Positions 17,052 to 28,300 of a DNA stretch of 64,000 nucleotides are shown here, in pieces; the first letter of the stretch is position 1, and each line of letters opens with the position of its first letter. The notes under the pieces are model-generated. The model did no database searches. It had not been told where the DNA came from and saw nothing but the letters and a program-made list of their open reading frames with translations. A program made the translations under genes and the position numbers. The DNA comes from Deltaproteobacteria bacterium (lineage in GTDB: Bacteria > Myxococcota > Kuafuiibacteriia > Kuafuiibacteriales > Kuafuiibacteriaceae). The stretch is taken from positions 256,001 through 320,000 of the forward strand of contig JAVJQW010000008.1 in NCBI GenBank assembly GCA_040218735.1. The letters run 5' to 3'.

Positions 17052-19205
17052 TCACAGGTCTCGGGTCGAGTAGGCGAGGGAGAATTCGATCGGAACGGCG
17101 CCCGTGTCGGGGTGAGGCATCCGCGCGGAAGCGTAGGCGTCTTCGAGGCATGGGCCTACCCCCGGCAGTCCCCCGGCGGTCACTTTGCGCAATCGGCCCT
17201 GCACGGTGATCGTCGCCTTCACGTTTACGCGTCCTTTGCGGTGCACGCCGCCGCGCGCGAGGGCGCGGCGCATACAGGCGTGGGCTTCGGTCTTCTTGCG
17301 CTCGAGCGCGGTGCGGATCCGGTTCTTCGACAGGCCCCCCGCCATCTCGATCGCCGCCATCTCGACGTCGACGCGGAAGCTCGACCCCAGCTTGGGCGGT
17401 CCCGCCGGCGTCGTCGTCGCGACCTTCACGGGTTTGGGCGCAGGTTGCAGGACCTTGGGCGGCGCCGCCTCGAGGGTCTTGGGGGGCGCGGCTTCGGCCG
17501 GAGGGGGCGGGGGCGGCGGCGCGCGACGCACACGTCGTTTACGCCGTCGGCGCTTGGGGGGATCCTTCGCATCTTCACCGGCGGCGAGCCGGTTCGCGGT
17601 GGGCGCACCGCCGGCGCGGGTGTCGGCGGGGTTCGCGCCGAGGGCTCCGTCCGAGCCGTGGGCGTTGCCGTCCGTGCCGTCGGCGTCGTGGGCTTTGCCG
17701 TTCGTGCCGTGGGCGTTGCCGTCCGAGCCGTCGGCGTTGCCGCTCGCGGCGCCCTCGGTCGTGCCGTCTCCGTCGGCCCCAGCGCCGTTCGCATTGGCGG
17801 CGCCGTTCGCGCCGTCATCGCCGTTCACGGACGCTCCGTCCGCCGCGCTCGCTCCGTCTTGGCCCCGCCCGGCGTTCGCGGTGCCTCGGCTCTGCGCCGC
17901 CCCCACGCGCGCCTCGTCCGCGCTGCCCGGCGCGACCTCGACCACGGCCCGCCCGTCGCGCCCCAGCCACAGGAACACCGCCAGCGCGCCGACCGCCATG
18001 AGCGCGAGCGCCCCCGGTATGAGCGCGATGAGCGTCTTGCCGAGCCCCGGCGCCGGCGGCGCGGTCACGGGGACCGTCGCGGGCGGCTCCGTCGTCGCGG
18101 CCATCGTGCGCGCTTGGCTCACCGCGCGATCCACCCGCGTGGCGCCCCGATCCGCGGCGGGCATCGGCTTCGTCGCCGCGATGGTCTCCTCGAAGACCGT
18201 CGCGACCGCGGTCGAGCCGCGCTCCGCCGGGGCGCGCGACGGCGGCAGCTCGAGGTCACCGATCTCCGCGGTCCGCTTGATGAGCGGCACCGAAGCCATC
18301 CCGGTCGTCGACGGCATGTCCAGGCCCGCCTCGCGCAGCAGCTCGCGCAGGGCGTCGCGCCCCTCGCGCGCGTCGAAGCGCTCCGCCGGGTCCTTCGCGA
18401 TCGCCTGCATCACGATCTGCTCGAGGCGCGGGTGCGGCGTCACCCCGAAGCTCTCCATCTTCGGCGGCGGCTCGGAGATGTGCTTCATGAGCACGCCGGT
18501 CGGCGACTTCGCCCGGAACGGCGTCCGCCCCGTGAGCATCTTGTACATGATGACGCCGCACGAATAGATGTCGCTCTTGGCGTCGAGTGGCTCCCCGCGC
18601 GCCTGCTCCGGCGACATGTACGCGGGCGTCCCGAACACCGCGCCCTGCCGGGTGAGCGGCCCGATCGAGCCGTCGTTCGCGTCGAGGATCTTCGCGAGCC
18701 CGAAGTCACAGACCTTCACGAAGTCCTGCACCGGTCCGTCCTCGCTGATCTTCTCGATCAGCATGACGTTCCCCGGCTTCATGTCGCGGTGGATGATGCC
18801 CCCCGCGTGCGCGGCCGCGAGCGCCGAGAAGACCTGCGACATGATCCAACACAGCCGCGTCGTCTCGATCTTCATCTGCTGGCGCAGCACGGCCTGAAGG
18901 TCCTGCCCCTCCAGGAACTCCATCGCGATGTAGAGCAGCCCCTCGTCCTCGCCGAAGTCGAGGATCTGGACGCTGTTCGGGTGGTCGAGCCGGCTCGCGG
19001 CCCGGGCCTCCGCCTTGAACCGCCGCGCGTGGATCTCGGGCGCCCCCTCCATCCGGAGGAGCACCTTGATCGCGACCGCCTTCGCCAGCCCGGTGTGCTG
19101 GGCGCGGTACACCTTCCCCATCGCGCCGCTCCCCAGCAGCTCCAGGATCTCGAGCTTGCCGCCGATGACGCGCCCGAGCAGGGGATCGATCGAAACTGGG
19201 TCCAT
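17052..19205 (-). CDS. membrane Ser/Thr protein kinase with a G/D/A/N-rich linker and a C-terminal extracytoplasmic domain
   Basis: LGSGAMGKVY, VAIK, HRDMKPGN, DFGLAK, GTPAYMSPEQ, DIYSCG; TM segment LIALIPGALALMAVGALAVFLWL; start MDPVSID at 19205. Confidence 0.92.
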   Translation of the reverse strand: MDPVSIDPLLGRVIGGKLEILELLGSGAMGKVYRAQHTGLAKAVAIKVLLRMEGAPEIHARRFKAEARAASRLDHPNSVQILDFGEDEGLLYIAMEFLEGQDLQAVLRQQMKIETTRLCWIMSQVFSALAAAHAGGIIHRDMKPGNVMLIEKISEDGPVQDFVKVCDFGLAKILDANDGSIGPLTRQGAVFGTPAYMSPEQARGEPLDAKSDIYSCGVIMYKMLTGRTPFRAKSPTGVLMKHISEPPPKMESFGVTPHPRLEQIVMQAIAKDPAERFDAREGRDALRELLREAGLDMPSTTGMASVPLIKRTAEIGDLELPPSRAPAERGSTAVATVFEETIAATKPMPAADRGATRVDRAVSQARTMAATTEPPATVPVTAPPAPGLGKTLIALIPGALALMAVGALAVFLWLGRDGRAVVEVAPGSADEARVGAAQSRGTANAGRGQDGASAADGASVNGDDGANGAANANGAGADGDGTTEGAASGNADGSDGNAHGTNGKAHDADGTDGNAHGSDGALGANPADTRAGGAPTANRLAAGEDAKDPPKRRRRKRRVRRAPPPPPPPAEAAPPKTLEAAPPKVLQPAPKPVKVATTTPAGPPKLGSSFRVDVEMAAIEMAGGLSKNRIRTALERKKTEAHACMRRALARGGVHRKGRVNVKATITVQGRLRKVTAGGLPGVGPCLEDAYASARMPHPDTGAVPIEFSLAYSTRDL

Positions 19206-19326
19206 CCAGGTCCTCGCCGCCAGCTTACCTACAAGCCACGACCCTGGCGACAAACCAAGCCGCGAGCTCGGACCCCTCGCGTGCTCTGGTAAAAAAGCCG
19301 GCCCCATGTGAAGGATTCCGGGTTCA

Positions 19327-22300
19327 ATGGCTGAAACGCCGGTCGATCCGGGCAGTTCGCCCGAGCCGACGTCGCTCGGCTTCTCGCTGGGGTTCATCGA
19401 AGGATCCGCGCTCGTCTCCCTGACCGATCGCCGGCTCGCCGAAGGCCTCGTCGTCCGCGCGCTCGACCTGCAGCTCGCCGAGGTCGAGTTCCCGCTCAAC
19501 CTCGAGGGCGGCGCCGAATCGTTCCAGCGCCGCTCGACGGCCCTCCGCAGCCTCGTCCTCGACGTCCACGTCGAGCTGATCGGCCGCGCCCTCACCGAAG
19601 CGCTCGAAGACGGCCCCCTCGAAAGCGTACACGTACGCACCGAGGGCGATCGCCTCACCGTCGAGGTCGGCCTCGCCGACGCCACGTTCGTCGGCACCGT
19701 CCTGCTCTCCCACGACGCCGACCGCACCGTGCGCCTTCACCTCCTCGACCCGATCGTCGTCGGGCCTTCGAAGATCGACGCGTGGTCGATACCCCCGCTG
19801 CTCCTCGACGCCGCTCGTCGCGCGCTGGGCGCCGAGAGTGAGCGCATCGCCGAGTCCCTCCGCCTGGCCGGCGCCACCACCTTTGCGATCGACCCCGCCG
19901 ACGCGCTCCTGTGGGGCCTCCTCCCGCCGCACGGCTGGAAGGTCCCGCACCACGACGAGGCGCCCGTTCACCGCGTCTCGATCACCCCGACGGGCTTCGT
20001 CCGCGTCGCGCTCGGTGCGCCCTCGAAACACGCCGACACCGACGCGGGGACCGCCGCCGACGAGCAAGATGTCTTGCGCGCGCTCGCCCGCGACGACATC
20101 GAGAAGTCGCTCGGCCTCGCGCGCGAGAAGCTCGACCGCGGCGACGCCGTCGGCGCGTTCACCGAGATGCGCAATCGCCTCGACGCATCCGGCGGTCCCG
20201 ACGCCCTCGTCGCCCGTCTTCTCGCGCTCGGCGCGACCGTCGAACGCCTCTTCGATGAGACGAACGACCTCGCCGACGATCGCCTCGAGAAGGACCCCGC
20301 GGACGTCCGCGCGCTCCTCGCCAAGGGGGCGATCGCGTCGGCCGAAGTGCGCGCCGACGAGGCCGCCGACGCCTTCGAGCGCGCGGGCCGCAAGCTCAAG
20401 GCCGAGGCCCACCGCCGCGCCGCCGGGCTCGCGTTCCGCGCCGCCGCCGCGGCCGTCGCGCGCCTACGGAAGAAGGGCTCCGCGAAGCGTCGGGTGCGGT
20501 TGCTCGAGGACACCATCGCGCTGCGCCCCGACGACACCGTCGCGCTGTCGGCGCTCGTCTCGGCGCTCCCCGCGCAAGGTCGCGCGCCCGCCGCCGTCCG
20601 CGCGGCGCGCCGCCTCGCGAACCTCGCGAACGATATCGACACTCGCGTGCTCGCCCACGTGTCGGCGGGTGAGCTGCTGCGCGATCCGATCGGCGATCTC
20701 CCGCAGGCCCAACGTGAGTTCGAGCGTGCGCTGCGGATCCGCGAGGACGATCCGGCGGCGCTCGAAGGCCTCGCCCGCGCGGTGATGGACGCGGGCGAGC
20801 CGCGTCGCGCCGCGGTGATCTTCGAGCAGCTGATCGAACGCGCCGAGGCGGACGGTCAGCGGGACCGCGCGGCGCGGATGTCGCTCGCGCTCGGTGATCT
20901 CTGGCGCCCGCTCGACGCCGAGGCGGCGATGCTCCGCTTCCAGCGCGCGCGCGAGCTCGATCGCACGAGTGTCCCGGCGCTCGCGCGCATCGCGGAGGTC
21001 GCGATCGAACACGGCGGCAACGAGGCCGCGATGGAGGCCGTCGAGTCCGCGCTCCCGATGCTCGACGAGGGACGCATCGGCGGGGACCGTGCGGCGGCGC
21101 TGTCGTTGCGGCTGACCGCGGGGCGCCTCTACGAGGAGCACGCGGACCTGATCGAGGAGGCGATCGTCCAGTACGACGCCGCGCTCGCGCTCGCGCCGAA
21201 CACCACCGAGGCGCTCGTCGCGCTCTCGCGTCTGTACGAGCGCCAGGGCAACACGCAGCACCGCGCGGAGGTGATCGATCGGCACGCGAAGCTCCTGGTC
21301 GGCGCCGGGGATCTCGAAGGCGCGGCCAAGGCGTGGGTCGAAGAGGCGCGGATTCACAAGGACGACCCGAAGCGGGTCGAGCGGATCCGCAGCGCGATCG
21401 TCGAGGGGCTCGCGAAGGAGCGCTCGCACCGCGGGCTGCTCGACGCGCTCGTCGAGATCGCTTCGCTCGGGGACGACGCGTCCGCGCAGATCGACGCGAT
21501 CGATCGCCGCCTGCTGCTCGATGATCCGCCGCAGGTGCGCGCGCCGCTGCTCACGCGCCTCGGTGCTGCGTTCGAGTCCGCGGCCCGCGAGGTCGAGGCG
21601 GCGCGCGCCTACGAAGAGGCGGTCGCGTGTGACGAGCGGAGCAAGGAAGCGATCCACGCGTTGTCGCGGATCTACCGTTCGCGTGACGACCACGAGCGCC
21701 TGGCGGGGGTGCTCGCGCTCGCCGGGCACCTCGCGGTCTCGGACGAGGAGCGCGGCGATCTGCTCACCGAGCGCGCGAGGCTCCTGAGGACGCTCGGCCG
21801 CGACGACGAAGCGTACGCTTCGATCCAGGACGCGCTGAAGGCGGCGCCGGAGTCCTCGGCCGCGCTCGCGGTCGCGACGAAGCTCGCGATCAAGCTCAAC
21901 GATCACGAAGCCGCGAAGCGTCACGCGCTGCACCGGCTCGCGCAGTCGGAGTCGCTGACCGCGGACAAGAAGCTGCCGATCTACGTCGACCTCGCGCGGG
22001 TGGCGGAGGCGACCGAGCGTCGCGACGAGCTGATCGACGCGCTCGAGCACGCGCGGGATCTCGCGGACCCGGAGAGTGAGACCGGTCGTCAGATCGCGGC
22101 GCGCCTCGCGCGGGAGCTGTACGGCGCGGAGCGTCTCGAGGAGCTCGCGGAGCTTCAGAGACGACGCGGTCGCGTGGCGACGGCGGCGGCGACGGAGCGC
22201 GCGGAGCGCTTCATCGAGGCCGCGCGGTTGTCGGCGCGTCTAGCGCAGCACGAGCAGCTCGTCGAGGACGTCGAGGAGGCGCTGTCGATCCTCGGGCGCA

Positions 22301-25300
22301 AACGACAGGAGGTCGAGCTGAAGCTGAAGGCGCTCGACGTCCTGGAGTCCCACGCTCGTCAGCGCGAGGACCTCGCGTTGCTCGCGGACGTCCTCGGGCG
22401 CCGCGCGTCGTTCGTCGGGCAGGCCGAGGAGAAGGAGCGCCTCTGGCTGGAGCAGGCCGACGTCTTCGATCGCATCGAGCGTTACGACGACGCGGTGAAG
22501 GCGCTGCAGGGGGCGTCGGATGCGCTGCCGTCTTCGTTCAAGCTCGCGGAGCGCTACGGGCGCGCGGCGCAGCGCGCGATGAAGAGCGGCGAGGCCGCGG
22601 AGGCGTTCGGGCGTGCGGCGCAGATCGCTCGCGCGCGCGGCGAGGTCGAGCTCGGGTTGGAGATGCACGGGCGCGCCGCCGAGACGTACGCGCTCATGCG
22701 CGATCGCGAGGCCGCCGCGGAGCACGATCGCGCTCTTCTGGAGCTGTCCGGTCCGTCGACCCGCTCGCCGTACCTCGCGGGGGCGATGGAGCGCCTGGAG
22801 CGGTTCGGTCGCGACCACGACGATCCGGAGCTCCTCGCCGACATCCTCGGTCGCCGCGCGAACGAAGCGCGCCCCGAAGACGCCGCGCGGATGCTCCTCG
22901 AGAAGTCCGAGGTGCACCTCGCCGGGGAAGGTGGGGAGCGCGACGGTGTCGATGCGCTGCGGCGCGCGCGTAACCTCGCGCCGCCGGGCACGCAGGTCGC
23001 CGAGGCGATCGACGATCGGCTCGTCGAGATCCTGGAGCAACTCGGCTTGCACGCCGAGCAGGCGGCGGTGCTCGTGGAGCGCGCGGACCGAGCGCCCGAG
23101 GGGGCGTCGAAGGCGGAGCTCTACTTCCGCGCCGCGGAGCTGTACGCGGAGCGGCTCCGAGATCGCGGGATGGCGTTGTCGCGCGCGCAGGCTGCGGTGC
23201 GCGCGGACCCGAGCCACGACGAAGCGCGGGCGCTGCGCATTCAACTCCTGCGCGCCGGAGGGCGTCGCGACGCGCTCGCGGAGGCGTTGGCGGAGGAGGC
23301 CGAGCTGTGCCGCGACGCGCGTCGTGCGGCAGAGCTTTGGTTGGAGGCGGCGCAGATCATCACGCCCGTCGACAACCATCATGCGCTCGATCCGCGCGAG
23401 GTCGAGCAGAGCCTTCAGCTCGTGCGTCGGGCCGCGACGGCGTCGCCGTCGTCGGTGGCGGCGTTCGAGGCCGGTGCGGTCTACACGCGGACGCTGGAGC
23501 GCGCGGACGAAGAGGTCGTGCTGCTCGGGCACGTCGTCGAGCGCGCGACGGAGGCGTCGAAGCGGATCGCGGCGCGCATTCGTCGCGTGGATCTGTTCGC
23601 TGGTCCGCTGCGACAGCCGGCCGACGCGCAGACGGAGCTGATGCTGATCCTCCCGGAGCTCGTCGGGTTGCAGAGCGCGGAGTGTGCGGCGATCGAAGCC
23701 GAGCTCCCCGCCGAGTCCGCGCGGCGCCTCGAGGTCGCGGAGCACGGCGGTGTGCGCATGGCGCTGCTGCAACTCGGGTTGACGCTCACGGAGCTGCAGC
23801 AGGACTGGACTGCGCACGTTCAGGTGTTGATGTGGCTCGTCGACGTCTCCGCCGACGCGGAGGTTCGTGCCGAGCTGCGCACGCGCGCGGGCGGTGTTTT
23901 GGAGTGGAAGCTCGGTGACGGCGAGGGCGCGGAGCGCGAGTACCTCGCGGCGCTCGCGTTGCTCCCCGGCAACGACCGCCCGAAGCAAGCGCTCGAGAAC
24001 TTCTACATGGCGGTGGATCGCTTCGCGGACATCGCCGACAACCTCGGGACCGAGACGCTCGTCGAAGTATGGGGGCGCCTCGGGGACGACGAGCCCCCCA
24101 ACCGCCTGATCGCCGCGGCCGAAGCGCTGTGGCCCAAGCTCCCGGAGGGGAGCGACGAACGCGCCGAGGTGCAGCTCCGGCTCGCCGACTTGTACGTGCA
24201 GCGCGATCGCGAGAGCGAGAGCGCCGACGCCGTTCACATCCTCGAGCAGGTCGAGCAGCGCGCGCCGCGGCAGTTCCAGGACGCGGCGCTCGAACGGTTG
24301 CGCGTGTTCTTCCTCGAGAAGGAGCGCGCGGACCTCTACTGCGACGTGCTCCGCCGACAGGCCGAGCGCCTCGAAGACGACCACAAACGTGCGCTCGCCC
24401 TCGCGGAGCTCGGCGAGGCGTTGGAGTGGAAGCTCGGGGACGGGCTCGCCGCGGAGAACGAGTACCGCGCGGCGCTCGCGGCGGACGCGGAGTGTGTCGA
24501 GGCGAAGCGCCGCCTCGCGCAGCTGCTCTCCTCGCAGGATCGGTTCGAGGAGATCGGTCGTGAGCTCGGCGTCGAGACGCTGGAGGGGGTGCTCGTCGAG
24601 CTCCTCGGTCAGGGCAGCCGCGACCGCGAGCGCGCGATCGCCGCGGCGGACGCGCTCGCGCCGATCCTCCCCCCGGAGCGGGTGGGCGGGGTCTGGCTGC
24701 GGGTCGCGGATTCGTTCGAGGTGGACGAGCCGACCGACGCCTCCGCGAAGGCGGTGCGCGTCGCGTTGCAGCGCGCGTCGGAGGCCGACGGTCCCAACCA
24801 GAAGCAGGCGCTCACCCGACTCACCGCGTGGCTCGCGCAGGCGAACGATCGCGGGGAGCTCGCGAACGTGCTGCGTCGCCGCGTCGAGATGGAGAAGGAC
24901 CCGGAGCTTCGGGCGTCGCTCCAGCTGGAGCTCGGGCGGCTCGTGATGTCGATGCTCTCCGAGTCCGAGGGCCCGGGGCGCGAGGCGATCGAAGAAGAGG
25001 CCGAGCGCGAGCTGCGCTCCGCACTCGAGACGGACGCGCGCAACGAAGAAGCGCGCGCGCTGCTGGAGCGCCTCTACCTCGAACGTGCGCGGTACCTGGA
25101 GATCGGCCGGGTGCTCGGACGCGAAGTCCTCGAGCGGCTGCGGGTCGAGGGTGAGACGTCGGGTGACGTCGCGCAGGCGCGCGGCGCGGTGGCGGCGCTC
25201 GCGGAGATGTCGGAGGGGTCCGAGCGGGCGGGGTTGCTCGTCGAGCTGGTCGGCTACGCAGAGGACGCGGAGGGGCAGCCCGGTTGGCCGCGGACGCCGG

Positions 25301-28300
25301 AGGATCTCTATCGCGCGGCGCTCGTCGCGGACTCTGGGCACGGCCCGGCGCGCGAGGGCCTGCGGGCGTTGCTCGAATCCGAGGGCCGGTACCGCGAGAT
25401 TGCGGACGCGCTCGATGTCGCGGCGCTCGTCGACACGCTGGAGGGGCTGCGTCGCTCGGATGACGATCGGCACCAGGTGCTGCCGGCCTCCCTCGCGTTG
25501 GCGAATGCGCTCGAGAACACCGGCGCGCCGCGCTCTGCGCAGGCGACGCTGTGGACGGAGATCGCGTCGCTGCACATCGAGGACGAGGACTCCGAGGCCG
25601 CCGAGCGTGCGCTGCGCGAAGCGTTGGCGCTGCAGTCGGACCACGAGGATGCGCGCGAGCTGATGCGGGAGCTGTTCGTCGCGGAGCGTCGGCTGGAGGA
25701 GCTCGCGGAGATCGACGAAGCGCTCGTCGCAACGACGGCGCAGCGCGCCTCCGAGACCGGGGACGCCGCGCTGCAGATCGACGCGCTGGACGTGCTGGCG
25801 TCCCGGAAGTCCGGGGAGCGTCGCGCGGACACGTTGGTGTGGATCGCGGCGTTGGAGCGCGAGCGCGGCTTCGCGGACCGCGCGGAGGCGCGGCTGATCG
25901 CGGCCATCGAAGCGCACGCACCGCACGCCGTCGCGCGCGCCGAGCTGGAGGGGCACCTGTGGCGCGAGCGGAGGTTCGCGGACGTGGTGGAGCGCCTCGG
26001 TGCGACGGCGCTGCTCGCGCGGGTGACGCGGGAGGTGGACGACGATCCCGATGGCGTCGTGGCCGCGGCGAACGCGACGCGCGATCTCCTGGAGCCCGCG
26101 GATCGCGCGCGGCTCGACGAGCTGATCGCGCCGGTGCAGGGGCTCGAAGCGCTCGAGCGCGCGAAGGCCATTTGGGACGAGCTCGAAGACGCTGCGGGTC
26201 GCTTCCGCGTGCGCCAGGCCATCGTGGATCTGCGACGCAAGGAGGGCGACGCTGCGCAGCTGCTCCTCGCGTTGGAGGGCGCCCACGCGTACGCGACGAA
26301 CGCCGAAGACCGCGCGCGAATCGCGGTCGAGCGTGCGGGGATCATGACCGCCGCCAACGATCGCGATCGGGCGCGTGCGCTCGTGGAGCCGCTCGTCGAC
26401 GACCTCACGCTGCCGCGCAAGGAACGTCAGGACGCGGCGCGGCTGTTGGTCGAGGATCTGCTCCCCGAGGTCGCCGCGGCGCCGTCCGAGGACGTGCTCG
26501 AGCTACGCGCGCGATCGCTGGAGGTGCTCACGGAGCTGCCGTCGGCGGGGCCGCCACCGGGCGACGTCGAGAAGTGGTTCGTGCAGCTGTCGAAGACCCG
26601 CGAAGCGCTCGACTACGACGCGGGCTCCGTGGCGCAGCCGCTCGAGTCTGCGCTGCGCGTTCGCAGCCAGGAGGACGACGGGATGGAGATCCGTCGTCGC
26701 CTCGTCGAGTTGTACGAAGAGGTCGGCGACTGGGCGCAGGCCGAGCCGCACGCGTCGGTGATCGCGGAGGCGGACGACCGCCCCGAACAGTGGGTGCAGC
26801 TGTCGGAGCTGCGCGCGTGGCTCGACGATCCGCAGGGCGCTCAGTCCGCGCTCGATCGCGCGCTGGAGCTCGACCCCGCTTCGGAGTCCGCGCACGAGTC
26901 GATGATCCGCCTCGCCGAGCAGACCGGCGAAGCCACCTCGGTGATCACGCGGCTGGAGGCGTGGGCGGAGGTCGACGCGAAGGGTGAGGCTTCGGATCGT
27001 GCGAAGCGTCTGCTGCGCGCGGCGGAGCTCGCGATCGAAGCCGGCGACGCCGAGCGCGGTGCGCTCCTCGCCGAGCGCGCGGTGACGTTGGTTCCGCGCA
27101 AGGATCCCTCGGTCGAACCCATCGCGTTGGAGGCGTGTGCGATCCTCGCGCCGTCCGGGCTCGCCGACGCCCGCATCGCGATCCTCACGCGCGTGGTGCA
27201 GGAGGCGGGGGCGGACGTTTCGTCGTCTTCGCGCATCGCGCTCGCCGACCTGTTGGTGGAGCAGGACCGGATCGACGAGGCGCGCACGGTCGTCGAGCAG
27301 GGCGTGCACCGCGAAGCCGCCGAGGACGATCCGCTCCTGGATCGCCTCGTCGAGATGACCCGATCCCTCACGCCGGACGCCGGTGCGCGCAGGATGCTCG
27401 CGACCGCGGAGCGCCTCGGTGCGGGCCCCGCGGCGCGTCGCCTGCGCATGGCGGGCGCGGAGCTCGCGGAGTCGGCGGGGGAGCGTGAGACGGCGCGTGC
27501 GGCGCTGACGAACATCGTCAGCGAGCTGGGCGGCGAGGCGACGAAGGCGCGCGAAGCGCTCGTTCGAATCACCCGCGATCTCGACGATGCACCAGCGCTG
27601 GTTGCGGCGCTCGAAGAGGCCGCGCTGGACGCCTCGACGTCCGTCGAGCGCGCAGAGAAGTGGGCGGAGGCGGCGGCGGTGGCGGACGAGCGCCTCGACG
27701 ACCCGGAGCGCGCCGAGCTGCTCCTGTCGCGCGCGATCGCCTCGCAGCCGAACGACGTCGCGCTCCGGCAGCGCCGAATCGATCTGCTACAGCGGCGCGG
27801 TCGGTGGTTCGATCTGCTGGAGGCGTACGCGTCGGAGGCGGAGCGTGCGGAGGGGCCGGCGAAGATCGAGTGGCTCGAACGCCGCGCGACGTTGGCGTCC
27901 GAGCGGCTCGGCGACGAAGCCACGCTCGCGGCGTCGCTCGAGCAGGCGTTCGACCTCGGCGGCGACGTTCAGCACGCGATCCGCGCGATGCAGGCGTACC
28001 GGAACACGTACGAATTCGACGCGCTGCTGTCGCTCGCGGAGCGCGTGCCGGTGAAGGCGCCCGAGGTTCGTACCGTCGTCGATCTGTTGATCGCGGACGC
28101 GATGGAGTCGCTGGGGCGCATCGAAGAAGCGCGCGCGATGTTGGAGCGCCTCGCGGCGGAGCAGTTCGACGTCCCGCTCGTTCAGCACCGGTGGTGCACG
28201 TTCCTTCACCGTCACCGCGACCTCGAGCTCCTCGCGCGTGCGCTGGAGACGATCGCCATCAACGTCGAGCCGCGCGAAGGGGTGCGGTGGCAGCTCGCGG

